Notes under the pieces: model-generated
What the model was told of the DNA's origin: nothing
Database searches by the model: none
Seen by the model: only the letters and a program-made list of their open reading frames with translations
Source: Lama glama
Taxonomy: Eukaryota
DNA length: 64,000 nucleotides
NCBI GenBank assembly: GCA_028534125.1
Contig: CM052816.1
Span: forward strand, 26,166,001-26,230,000
Direction of reading: 5' to 3'
Translations under genes and position numbers: made by a program
In this document: piece by piece, positions 39,385-50,350 of the stretch
Position numbering within the stretch: the first letter of the stretch is position 1
Layout: each line of letters starts with the position of its first letter

Positions 39385-39520
39385 TACTCACTTCTTTAGT
39401 CCTCAGTTTCCTTATCTGTAAAATGGGAATAATCCTTGCACCTACTTCTTAGTATGTAAAACACCGTGCATGTAAAACACTGTGACTGCAAAATTGTAAG
39501 TACTTGTTAGTGATAGCATT
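39385..39520 (+). mobile_element. MIR SINE
   Basis: cctcagtttccttatctgtaaaatgggaataat. Confidence 0.75.
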
Positions 39521-41019
39521 TCAGTCCTTTGGGCTTACTCTGCCCATAGCAAACTATGATTAAAATGAAGATCGCTTGCTTTAAGACATGTTTTGAAGAC
39601 TCTCCTAATGATTTTTCATTGTGTGTATAGCTTTTTGAGTTGGGAAATTCGTTTTGGATATTTACAGATGCACTCCTTAATATATTCTAAATGTCTTGTG
39701 GAATTTTCATATAGGTCTGTGTGGTCACAGTAAACTCTGGACCCTGTCTTACTTCAGTTGTGACAAGCGATCAGCTTTGAAGTTTCCATTTTTCCTGATG
39801 TTGCTAACCTTACCATCTTGGTGTAGAGTTGTCTGGATGTTGGGCTTCCAGGCAGCTAAATTATATTTCAGGGTGTAGGTTTACAAGTTGTGTTGAAAGA
39901 TTTTCTTCATCAAAGACTATTTTTTTTTTTAAGAACTAGAGGTCATTTATTCAGGCTTCTTATTTTTTTGTGACAAATGCTTTGTACAGTAACTAACAAA
40001 GATAAAATTCTAAAGACTCTGCTATACTTAAAGGTTGATTATGTGTGATGGAAATACAGATACCCTCCCACAAGTGCCCCCATCCCCTGTCCATATTCCC
40101 CCATGGGAATAAAAAAATGATTCCTAAGGTTGTTTAAAAAAAAAAAAAAAGGACATGTGTGTTTTAGTCCAAGGCTAAGTTTGCCTTTGCTAGCTTTTTG
40201 CTTTTTGATCTTGGGGAAAGACTATTGCTTAATAACATTCCTTAGATTTTTCCATAACTGGCATAGAGCATAAACTCTGGTGGCTGTGCCACACTGTAGT
40301 CATCTGGCTCTCTGATTAGAGGATCACACCATTCGAAACAGTAAAAACACCAGCAGCAACTATTACTATTATTTGAAGTAGTTGTATCGTGTTAGAACTT
40401 GAAAAATGTACTGTGAAATCAGAATGGTGCCAACTGCAGTTAAAAGCACAGATAAGAGAAGCAGAAACAAAAGGGTTAAAAACTCAGCTTCCTCCTTTTA
40501 TTTAACTGCATTGAGTCACAATTTCCTCACCAGTAAGGTAAAGATAACAATGTTAGCTTCACAGGGTGTCAGTGACATAAGGCATGCACATACCTAGCAT
40601 ACCCAATTATTTACCCTATAATATATTCATTCTATATATTGAGGTACCATTGCTTGCTTGCTTGTCAAAAATGCTTATTATTTTGACTTTTGTCATCTTG
40701 TAGTTGGTTCTTTCATTTCCAATATGGAGAAGGAACACATTCAGATGTTAAGCAGAAACTCCTTTACTGGCTTAAAAATGGCAGTAAAAATGCTGTCTAA
40801 TTCTCGAATTTAATCATTCTTCATGGCCCTGACCGTAGTAATAACCTCCTGGAAATTAAGTCAAAGTCTGGTAAGTTTTCATACTTGAATTTATGGGATT
40901 TCTTTTCTTACCCTTAGTAGAGAAATCTGTATTAAAAAATGTATGCTGGAGCATTCCAATGAATATGTATGTGATCTGAAATGAGAGGTTTCTGGCAAAG
41001 AACATAAAGTACAAGAAAG

Positions 41020-41255
41020 CAGAAGCTCTGGATTCTATTTCTGTGCTGTTTCTCAGATTATTGCTTGACCTTGAAAAAGTAACTCTTGCCTGGATTTCAG
41101 CCTTTCCTGAGTCAAATGGAGATGACAGAACCCATTAGCCGTTACATGTTTCTACCTTATAAAAAAGAGTTGCTATCAGGATTAATGAGATGATGTTTGT
41201 AAACAGCTTTGAGCTCTTTGGGAGGCAGATGTTCTATAAATACAAATTATTAATA
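41020..41255 (+). mobile_element. MIR SINE
   Basis: ctggattcta...tgaccttgaaaaagt...caaatggagatgaca...ggattaatgagatgatgtttgtaaa. Confidence 0.65.
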
Positions 41256-42256
41256 AAGTATTTATACTGATGATCTCAGGGAATGTTAACAGTTCTGGAG
41301 TAACGAAGTCATCAATTATTTGGCACATTCAGTGGGAGGGAAAGTATGGCTATGGAACAGAGATGCTCAACAGGCTTATAGGATTCTTGGAAAATATACT
41401 ATGAAATCAGAATGGTACCAACTGTGGTGATACCAAGAAGTTGTTTTAGTTCGGATCTTTCAGGTTACAGGGTTGAAAAAATATCTGAGGGTATCTCAAG
41501 ATTAGTCATTTATTGTAAAGGACACCTGAAAATGGGGAACCTGCGGTCATACTCTACAGCTGAGAAGTCAGACGCCAAAGAAGTAGAACCTCACTCATCC
41601 TGTCCAGGAATAGAGGAGCTCTTGACATCTCCAAGGACATCTGTGTCCTTCTGCTTTGTCTGTTCTGATCTATGCATTACTGAGCTGCACGCTCTCTCTC
41701 TCTTCTTCAGATGTAATGGGATTGTGATTTTCTTCCTTTGATCCTTTCTGTCTCTTTTTACTCACCTCTTTACCTCATGGTTTCTTTTGCTTTATGGCTT
41801 CTGCAGCCTCGTGGTTTTTGCTTACTGACTGTTCTCTCTGTGGCTCTTGCCTTTTGCTTTTCTCTTCTGTTGGTGGCCCTCTCTCGTATCTTGTGTTTTA
41901 ACACCCTGAGAGGAGGATGCCTGCAGTCTAGTCAGACTGAGTTGTCACTGGTGGTATGAGAAGTATCCACTGGGAAGCAGTCTCATGCTCATTGTCTGGG
42001 AGCATGGGTGGTGGTTATTTTTGCATTAGACACTGCTTTTACAGTGAGTTGTAGAGAGAGTTGAAGCGGGACATGAGACAAGAAATGGAAACCAATAAAA
42101 AGAAATAGGCTTTGACCACCCAACTCAGAAGTGATTAGGGGAGACACTGCAGTTACAGTGATACCTCCCTCCACCATCTACTCATAAATGAGGATGAAGA
42201 AGGTGAGGAACAAAGTTTAGGGGGCTGATATTTATATCTATAAACATTTTAGGTTC

Positions 42257-42411
42257 TTTTTTTATTGAAGTATAGTTGATTTACAATGTGTTAATTTCTT
42301 GTGTACAGCATAGTGATTTCATATTCTTTTTCATTATAGGCCATTACAAGGTATTGAATACAGTCCCTATGTTATACAGTAGGACCTTGTTGTTTATCTA
42401 TTTTATATATA
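42257..42411 (-). mobile_element. Short 5'-truncated L1 3' end with TSD
   Basis: tttttttattgaagtatagttgatttacaatg...tacagtaggaccttgttgtttatc; TSD tttaggttc at 42248-42256 and 42412-42420. Confidence 0.9.
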
Positions 42412-42744
42412 TTTAGGTTCATTATATGTCCATTTTTCTGAATTTTTCAAAAAAGAAGAGAGACTGTATCAGCTTGGGAATATTGCTTTATTTGTTGCAA
42501 ATGTTTGTTATTTTAAAACATTTTGTTGATGGTGTCCCCTTTGGCCATCAATTTTTTTAAAAATTTGGTATTTAAATATGATACTCTCTTTTTAACAGTC
42601 TCTGGACTTTGTGTCCTGATTATGAAATATTTCTTTTATCAAAATATTTTCCAGTAACGTTGTCAGTACTTTGTATTTCTGTCTGTTGTTTTTGCTTTTA
42701 GATCTTTAGTTTCTCTTATCAAAGTGACAGAATGTAATGTAAAC

Positions 42745-42940
42745 TAATGTAAACTGTGAACTTTTGATAATAATGATGTATCAGCATAGGTTCATTGACT
42801 ATAACAATGGACTCTGGTGTGTGGTGTTGATGGTGGGGGAGGTTGTGCCTGTGTAAGGGGAGGGATGTGTAGGAACTCTATCCTTTCCACTCAGTTTTGC
42901 TGTACATCTAAAACTACTCTAAAAAATAATAAGTTTATGT
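42745..42940 (+). mobile_element. L1MC-like 3' end
   Basis: ctaatgtaaactgtgaacttttgataataatgatgtatcagcataggttcatt...ggaactct...ctaaaactactctaaaaaataa. Confidence 0.85.
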
Positions 42941-44359
42941 AATTTTTAAAAGGTACATTAAAGAGGCTGACTGTGAACCACATCATATAAAATAGTTTTA
43001 TTTTTCTTTATCCCATTTTCAACTACTTTGTCAAATCTTCCTTGTCAAATCCTTAGGTCAGATTCGACGACTTAACAGGAGGAAGTCTGGATCGGGCTGA
43101 AACTGCTGGAACCTCTTCTCTCTTCCCTTTGAACAGGCACAGCCTGGGACCCCGACAGCTTGCGTAGGTTGGGTGGGGTGGAGAATGTAGGTGGTCTTGC
43201 TTGGAGACATCTTTCTGCCTCTTTAAGCCTAGCTCCTCTTGTGGGTTGGGACAAAGAGCAGGGGGAGAATAGGGACAGTTGTCTCTGTGCAAAGACTTAA
43301 CATGGCAGCTCTCTGTTTGCCATATCTGCTTCTCATCAAGTTAAGCTTTCAAGTGCTGGCTCTCCCAGGGCTGTGAATTCTCTGGAGGGCCCTGTAGCGC
43401 CTTCCCAGCGCACTGTTACCTGACGTTGGAAATCCAGCTTCAGTCTCTCTTCCTTTGTCTCTCAGCTCCGCTCCATGGTCTCCTGCTGTTTGGGGCCTCC
43501 TTACTCTGTGAGCAGGTCTCATACAGCATGCTGGCAGGAAGGCAAAATAGGAGGCGCCTTCTGTAGAGACCAGTTAAGCTCCAGAAAACACATTCTTGAA
43601 TTCAGTGAATTCTTGCCATTTTAGCAAAAGGTTATGTGTCTAGGACAGTTCTTTGCTATTTCTTTCCAATGCTTATCTTCTCTGATCACACAAACCCAGG
43701 GCTAGATTAGGAGGCCCATTGACTAAGGGGAAGTCCGGCCAAGAGTGGAATGCCATTCCCCCTTCCTATTGCCACTCTAATCTCCAGGAGTAACTCTTTT
43801 GGAGTCTGCTCCTTACTTTCTTGGCTTCAGAGTGTGGCAAAAGTGGCATATCACTCTGAACACAGAACTTCCTGAAGCCTGTGGTTCTCTGGTAGTTCCC
43901 CTTCTCTCTTTCCTTCAGTTGTATGTGGATTGGAGACGGAGTGCAGATGGGAAACTGAGGTGCAGGCTGGGAGACTCAGGCCCAAGATCGATGCTTTATG
44001 AGCATTAAGGAAACTGTCTAACCTCATATGTAGGTGTCTCTCTTTAGAATGTGTTATTTTGAGAATGTGCCTGTTTGGAAAACACATTACCCTAATACAT
44101 TCTAAAGGGTGCCGATTTCAGGGCAGCAGCAAAAGTCTCTCTCAGCATTATATTTGATTGGTCATATTTTGGTTCAGTTTAGTTTCAGCTCTGTAGCTGT
44201 CCTCTGCTGGTGAGGTTGAATTAGCATAGATAATAAGTTTGTTTACCTCACTATCCTTTATGCCAGCTTTATATCCAATCCTCTCTGTCTTCTCTGCCTC
44301 ACCTGTCTTTCCTTCATGTCAGCTGTATTTTGTCCAAATGCCCCAAATTACATTTAATT

Positions 44360-44490
44360 GTTTTCATGTCAGTTTTCACCACTGGTATGAAAGCTCCATG
44401 AGGACAGAAACCATGTGTTACTTGCCTTTCTATTCCGACACTCTCTCCAATATCTGTTACCTAGGAGTACTCAGTAAGTAAACAAACTGG
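44360..44490 (+). mobile_element. L2 3' end
   Basis: ccactggtatgaaagctccatgaggacag...taggagtactcagtaagta. Confidence 0.7.
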
Positions 44491-46590
44491 AAAGAAAATG
44501 CTCCTTCAGTGTTCAGTGCCATCAGAGTCTGGTTTTATGGAAGGAAGCACATAAAACCTCAGTCCAGAATTTATCTTATACTGTCAATGGTGAAATGCTT
44601 TCGCTAACTATCATCTGCAGTGGCATTAGGCAAATGTGTGGGACTCCAGGAAAAACCAACTCACTTGTCAATACCTCCCTAATCTCTTTTGCTGATGCTG
44701 AAGAGATACTGCTCTTTATTTCCTGGGCTATCAGTCTAGCAAGGTTTGGAGGGGATGAGGCTAAAATACCTCCACAGAGCACCACCTTAACTCCAGTTTA
44801 TAACAGTCTAGCTCATAAGGCAGTATTAGGTAGATGGATGAACAGAGTCCAACATTTGAAGAGCATGGCTTCTCAGTTTCTGAATCAGGGATCACTAATT
44901 CAAATACAGGTAGCATAAATGAGACAAGCAGGCTGCTGTTTGACGTAAGAGTGGTGGGGACAGTGGCATATTGACAAGCAAGTGCATCAATAGGGGTGGC
45001 TGCCTGGCAACTCCAGCCAGTTGTCATCACTTGCACATGTGGGCTTAGTACTGGCATGTTGGCAACTGTTCACGTGTTTCAAGGGAGAATAAAAAATCTG
45101 GATTTTTCTCTGCCATTTCTAGATTTTGAAAACACAGTGCGGAAGGAAAATAAATTAGATGACTCTTTTGTAACTTTCAAAGAAAAATCAATGCCCTAAG
45201 CTGCTGATAACTTCCCTTGATCTTTTTTAGTATGCTTAGAACTTTGAAAAATCATGAGAGGATTTTCAAACCTGATTTGCAACTTTGCAACCTAGCCTAG
45301 TAGGTGCTGAGCACATCATGATGGAAATATAATGGGTATGCATTTGCAAATATGATGCTCAGGTGTAGGAAATATCCAATTATTTTTCTTTCCATAAAAT
45401 CAGACTAAATCTGATTCTAGCCCATATTTTGATGATTGGGTAGAAAATTCACTACCAGTCTTGGTTAGGATTTCCTTCTCCTTTGCCCCAGGTTTATGGA
45501 GGTATCCAGTCTATTCTATTTGCACAAACATGAGTTAATGTCATTCGTTGAATGATGGCAATGCACACTTACCCTGGATTGTACCATCATGGAAAAAATT
45601 ACATGACCAGTGTATAAAGAAACCAGCTCACTAATAGCACCTCTAAAAGTAGCTTCAGCTTTTAAAGGAGTTTACACTTGGAAATTTGAAGGGAGAAGGT
45701 CCTGGCTTCCACACTGTGATTTTTTTTAACATTAGTTGCAGCTTCTGAGTGAGCAGTGGTTATGATTTAGCATTTTCATGATCATTTATTTCTCAGCAAC
45801 TCAGATGCTTTATATTCTCCCATTATCCAAGAAAATGTCATGATTTATCATCATGAAGTAGTCCCTAATGGACAGTTACATTTTCCTATCTTTCTATCAG
45901 TGTTTGGACTCTTCTGGGCTCTTAGGAATTCATCTTGCTTTTCCTGTTACTATGAAGTTATTCTGCTTCTGAAGCATTTAGAGATAGATGTGTATTTTTC
46001 TGCCTTTTCAGTTTGAAGTGTTGTTTTTATTGACTCATTCTCACAATTAGTACAGTGTCAGAGACTCATATGAGCTGGTTATGCCTGCTGTGTTGGCTCC
46101 AGGGTAAAGTGCCCCTCACCCAGGAACCACAGGCTGAGAGTTACCCTCCAAGATGACTCAGCCATCTATGCACCCATCCCTGGACTTGACATCCGCAGTG
46201 AATGGCCTTGTTTAGTTAGCTATGAACTGCAGACATTGCTGTTCTTAACTTGGTTGTGCTCCATCATGGTTAAGACCCGGTGCTGTGGTATTCAAGACGT
46301 GAGGTGAAAGGGTGTGTTGTCTTAGTCCTTTCCTAAAAACAGGTTAGTTATCAAAGTCCTGTAGATTTGTAGTAATTGTTTTGTTGGTTTTCTTTTGATA
46401 GTAAGCTAGAGAATTTGGTCAATAGATTGTTTTTACTGTTCATTGTCAAGCTTTAGGGAGGTAGTGCTTTAATAATGACATGTTTGAGAGCATGTGGGCA
46501 GGTGTGTGTTGCTCCTGTTGGTGAATAATAAAATGAAAAGAAGCTGACCCACTGATTCTCATTTCCTTTGTTTAAATATCATTGCTTAAA

Positions 46591-46741
46591 GTGGGGAGGG
46601 TATAGCTCAGTGATAGGGTCCTGGGTTAAATCCCCAGTACCTCCATTAAAAATAAATAGGTAGATAGATAGGTAAACAAGCAAACAAACTAAGTAACCTA
46701 ATTACCTCCCCCCCCCCAAAAAATCCTTGAAAAAAAAAAAG
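46591..46741 (+). mobile_element. tRNA-Ala-derived camelid SINE (Vic-1-like), internally deleted
   Basis: ggggagggtatagctcagtg (A box)...ggtcctgggttaaatccccagtacctcc (B box)...aacctaattacctcccccc and A tail. Confidence 0.85.
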
Positions 46742-46749
46742 AAACAGTT

Positions 46750-46956
46750 TTGGGGAGTTTGAGACTTGCAGATACTAATATATTTAAAATAAACAAGTTT
46801 ATACTGTGTAACTCAGGGAACTATATTCAGTATCTTGTAATGACCTATTGTGAAAAATAATATGAAAAGGAATATATGTTTGTATATGTATAACTGAAAC
46901 ATCATGCTGTACCCCAGAAATTGATACATTATAAGTTGACTGTACTTCAATTAAAA
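46750..46956 (+). mobile_element. L1 3' end fused downstream of the SINE
   Basis: ggggagtttgagacttgcagatacta...cagggaactatattcagtatcttgta...tgtacttcaattaaaaaaa. Confidence 0.9.
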
Positions 46957-47393
46957 AAATATCATTGCTTAAAAAAACATGATGAACATCTTGTAGAAAG
47001 GAGGCTTTTATTTACTTTAAATTACCTTGATTTCAGACAAGAAAAGAGGACAAAAATAAGATTACATATTGTAATCGTCTGTGACAATGTAAACAAATCA
47101 CGGGCTTTTTTTCCCTCAAATATGAATACAGCCTTGTTAAGTAATGAAACTTAAAGACAAGCTACCTTTAATTTCTAGATATACAATAGGTAATAACACA
47201 CATAATTTTTAAAGCTTCAGCAACTTATTCTTAATTAGGAAAATTTAGGTTTGGGTTTTATGTTTAATTTAATGGTATAACCAAAGAATTAGGGACAGGG
47301 ATGGTTTGTCTCTGTCCTGCCATGATTTTATGCAAGACTGCAAACTGAGCTGGGAAAAGAAATTCCAAATTTGTACCAGTGAATTATAAAAGG

Positions 47394-47418
47394 ACACACA
47401 CACACACACACACACACA
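47394..47418 (+). repeat. (CA)12 microsatellite
   Basis: Directly visible. Confidence 0.95.
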
Positions 47419-48164
47419 AACCCAAGATAGATACCAAAAAATATGGATGTTGTAAATTATTACTTTTATATGTATTCCAAAACACATTCTTTGTATTTAA
47501 GAAATGATCACTACTCAAAAATTTGGTTGGTGTTATAGCCACACCACGTATTTGCTTATACCCCACCTGCATTAACACAGAGACACACACATAGACACAC
47601 ACCTGAGTAAAATCTCTTACTGCACATTGGATAAGTAGGTCACAGTATTTATCTTCCATCTGTAAAACTTTCCAGGCAGCAGACTGATGCTTTTGGGGAA
47701 AAAAAAAAAAAAGAATCCGTTTTTGTGTAAGTTGCTAGTTTCCATATCACCTCCTCTCCTCAAATAGAAACACTGTGGATACCAGGAAAATTGTCAGCAA
47801 AATTTCCCCGAAGCTAAACATTTTAACTTAAAACTCCATGCCTTCCAGTTTGTTCAGATTTCCTGTCTTCTGTAAACTGAAGGGGAAGAGTGTTCAGTGA
47901 AATGTCTAATCAGTGATTCTGTCAGTTTAGGGGCAGGATCAAACAAGTGAATGAATCATACAAGAAGCCTCATACACTGGAAAATGGGTCATCTTTCTGT
48001 GAGTAGTAAGACATCTGGAGCCAAACCAGGTTTAGGTGGTTGAAAAAGCCATTTAAGTAGATTCTTTTAACTTGTTCCTGGGAAAAAAAAGAAATGTCAC
48101 TGACAGCTATTTGTCTTCTCAAAGACCCAACTTTCAAATATCTTATCCTGCAAGCTGAAGAATA

Positions 48165-48415
48165 TATTTAATTCCAGAGAAAAGCCTTTCAGCGCTCTGA
48201 GAAATCCTTTTTGTTCAAAACTAATCAATTTTTGCTTTGTGCACAAAAGTAAAATACTTTGTCAAACTCTCTGCAGAAATCCTTTTAGCTATCTTAAAAA
48301 ATACATTTGGTGCAGGCCTGGCTGATTTCTGTTATATGGGCAAAAATTTACTTTGTCAAATTATATTCTTCGGAAAGCCTTTCAGCTGACTTAAAAATCC
48401 ATTTGGTGCAAAACA
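48165..48415 (+). repeat. Diverged tandem repeat, ~96-bp period, ~2.5-3 copies
   Basis: aaagcctttcagc (48181), aaatccttttagc (48277), aaagcctttcagc (48374); tactttgtcaaa x2; catttggtgca x2. Confidence 0.85.
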
Positions 48416-49021
48416 ATGACCATGCCTCAGCTCAGAATGATTGCACCATAGTTACTTAGCTTGGCAAATGGTAGCAAAATGTCAACTGAAATGAAAGACA
48501 CAGCCCAGGGCTTATCAGGGAAAGTGCAGATGATTCATGTAATATCATCCATAAATAATGCTGACTTTGTGCTGAAGTAGGTTTAACAGCAGACGTTTCT
48601 TTACCAATCATAGTAGGTTTCAAAGCAATGGTAAGGGGGGCCTTACCTGGTGACAGTGACATGTACTAAGATAAGGTATGGTGTCTTTAATGCTCTTATT
48701 TCAAGGTCACTCAACATTGTATTTGTGAGTGAACAGGAGAAAAAGACTCTCTACCCAGTGACAGGATGGAACTTATAAAGTATCATCAAAGTAATGATAG
48801 TCATGAAGAGAATGAGAAATTTCTCAACCCAATGCCCGGAACAGCCATATTTTTCTTCGATACTCTTGTCCTCTAATTGGCCAGCTCTGGTTGGAGGTGG
48901 TGCATGGAGGAAGAAAAAGGATAGAGATGTAGAAAAACAGTTAAAAATAGAAGTGAAGACCCCAGTCTTAACTCATGAAACACTAGTTCCTTTCAGCATA
49001 ATGGTGCCCTCCCCCAGCTAA

Positions 49022-49198
49022 CAAGGGCCACTACACAGGACCCCGGGCTCAGAGGGCCCTCTGGTTGGTTTCATGCTCTGATATCATCACCTTGAAATCC
49101 ATAATATTTTGAAGAAGAAGCCCTGCATTTTTCAGTTTGCATAAGGGCCCTGCACTTTTCATTTTCTTAAGGGCCATATGAATTATGCAGCTGGCCAC
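49022..49198. mobile_element. MER45A-like hAT-Tip100
   Basis: cacaggacccc...gctcagagggccc...tttcatgctctg...cttgaaatcc...gccctgcacttttcatttt...aattatgcagctggcc. Confidence 0.75.
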
Positions 49199-49224
49199 CC
49201 ACGGTCAAGGACAACCAGATCTGC

Positions 49225-49459
49225 CTTGTGATGTCACAGGTCCTAGGCACTTTGGCCTTAATGGGTTCCTTCCCCCGAACAATATTAAAAATTGTATTTC
49301 ACAAATGCATTAGTATAAAGATGAACATATTAACATTTTCTGTGGCCTAAATTTTCTTTTTTTCTGATTTTAAAAGAGATGAAAACATTTTCCTAGGTCC
49401 TGAAACTTCTGTGGGCCCTGAACTGTACCTCTTATGCTTAATGGGGAAGTTGGCCCTAG
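49225..49459. mobile_element. Zaphod/MER115-like hAT-Tip100 fragment
   Basis: ggtcctaggcactttggcctt...ttagtataaagatgaa...gtgggccct...tgcttaatggggaagttggccct. Confidence 0.55.
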
Positions 49460-50142
49460 GTCATCATGGGTGAAAGCTGGATGTCAGCGGCCTATTGCCA
49501 ACACTGCTGTCAACTTGATGTGTGTTGGTAGGAAACTGCTCCTGGACGTCAGTTTCGTCATTGAAAGATGGGCTTACATTCTCAGAGCATATGTGCCATC
49601 TGTACAGAACACACGTAGCCCTTGTTACAACTAACAACTAAATAAAAAGCATGTTCATTGCAAAGAAGCTTCCAGAGCCTTCTGTCTTTTCCATTAGAAA
49701 GTGAAGTGTTCTAAAAGTTCAAATCAGAGCTTTATTTCCTCAGAGCTGATTCAGATTGTGGCAGCCACATCACACATCTCAACCTTACTCTGCTATCATT
49801 TTAGGGTTAGATGGATGAGACTAAACAAAATGGCCAAGGGTGCAGAATGAATCTGCAAATGACTCTTCTACCTCTAGACCCATTTATTTTTATGTGTTTT
49901 ATAACCTCATCCAAAGCAGCTGATGACTTCCTTTTGCCCCTCAGGAAACTCAAGGAACTGTGGAGTCCCAGAGGGAGGGGAGCCAGCTGCTCTGGGGTCA
50001 GACTCCATGTTTTTTATGTTTCACTTTCCTTTTTCGCTGTCCTCCATGAAAGCTTTTCTGTCCAGGTGGCTCTCATGTCTGCCACATAGGATATGGAGCT
50101 ATGAATGATGAGTTTTCTTCGAATTTCAGAAATTTCCTAGCT

Positions 50143-50350
50143 TGGTGTTTCTCAGCCCTAGCTGTACACCAATATTACTGGAGAATAGAAAAAGTCAGAT
50201 ATCCTGGCCTCACCCCTAAACCTGTTGGGTCCAGATCTCCAGAGAAAGTATCTGGGCATTTGTGCTTTTATAAATTTGCCCAGGTAATGCTCATGTTTGG
50301 ATTGATAACCCACACAGTCTTCCAACTGGTCACCTGATGATGGAACCACT
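50143..50350. mobile_element. MER5-like hAT-Charlie
   Basis: ggtgtttctcagccctagctgtacac...cctggcctcacccc...ctgggcatttgtgctttta...cccaggtaatgctcatg. Confidence 0.7.

Noticed and set aside
48165..48415. CRISPR-like repeat-spacer array
   Set aside because: Eukaryotic context, degenerate repeats, spacers similar to one another, and no cas genes.
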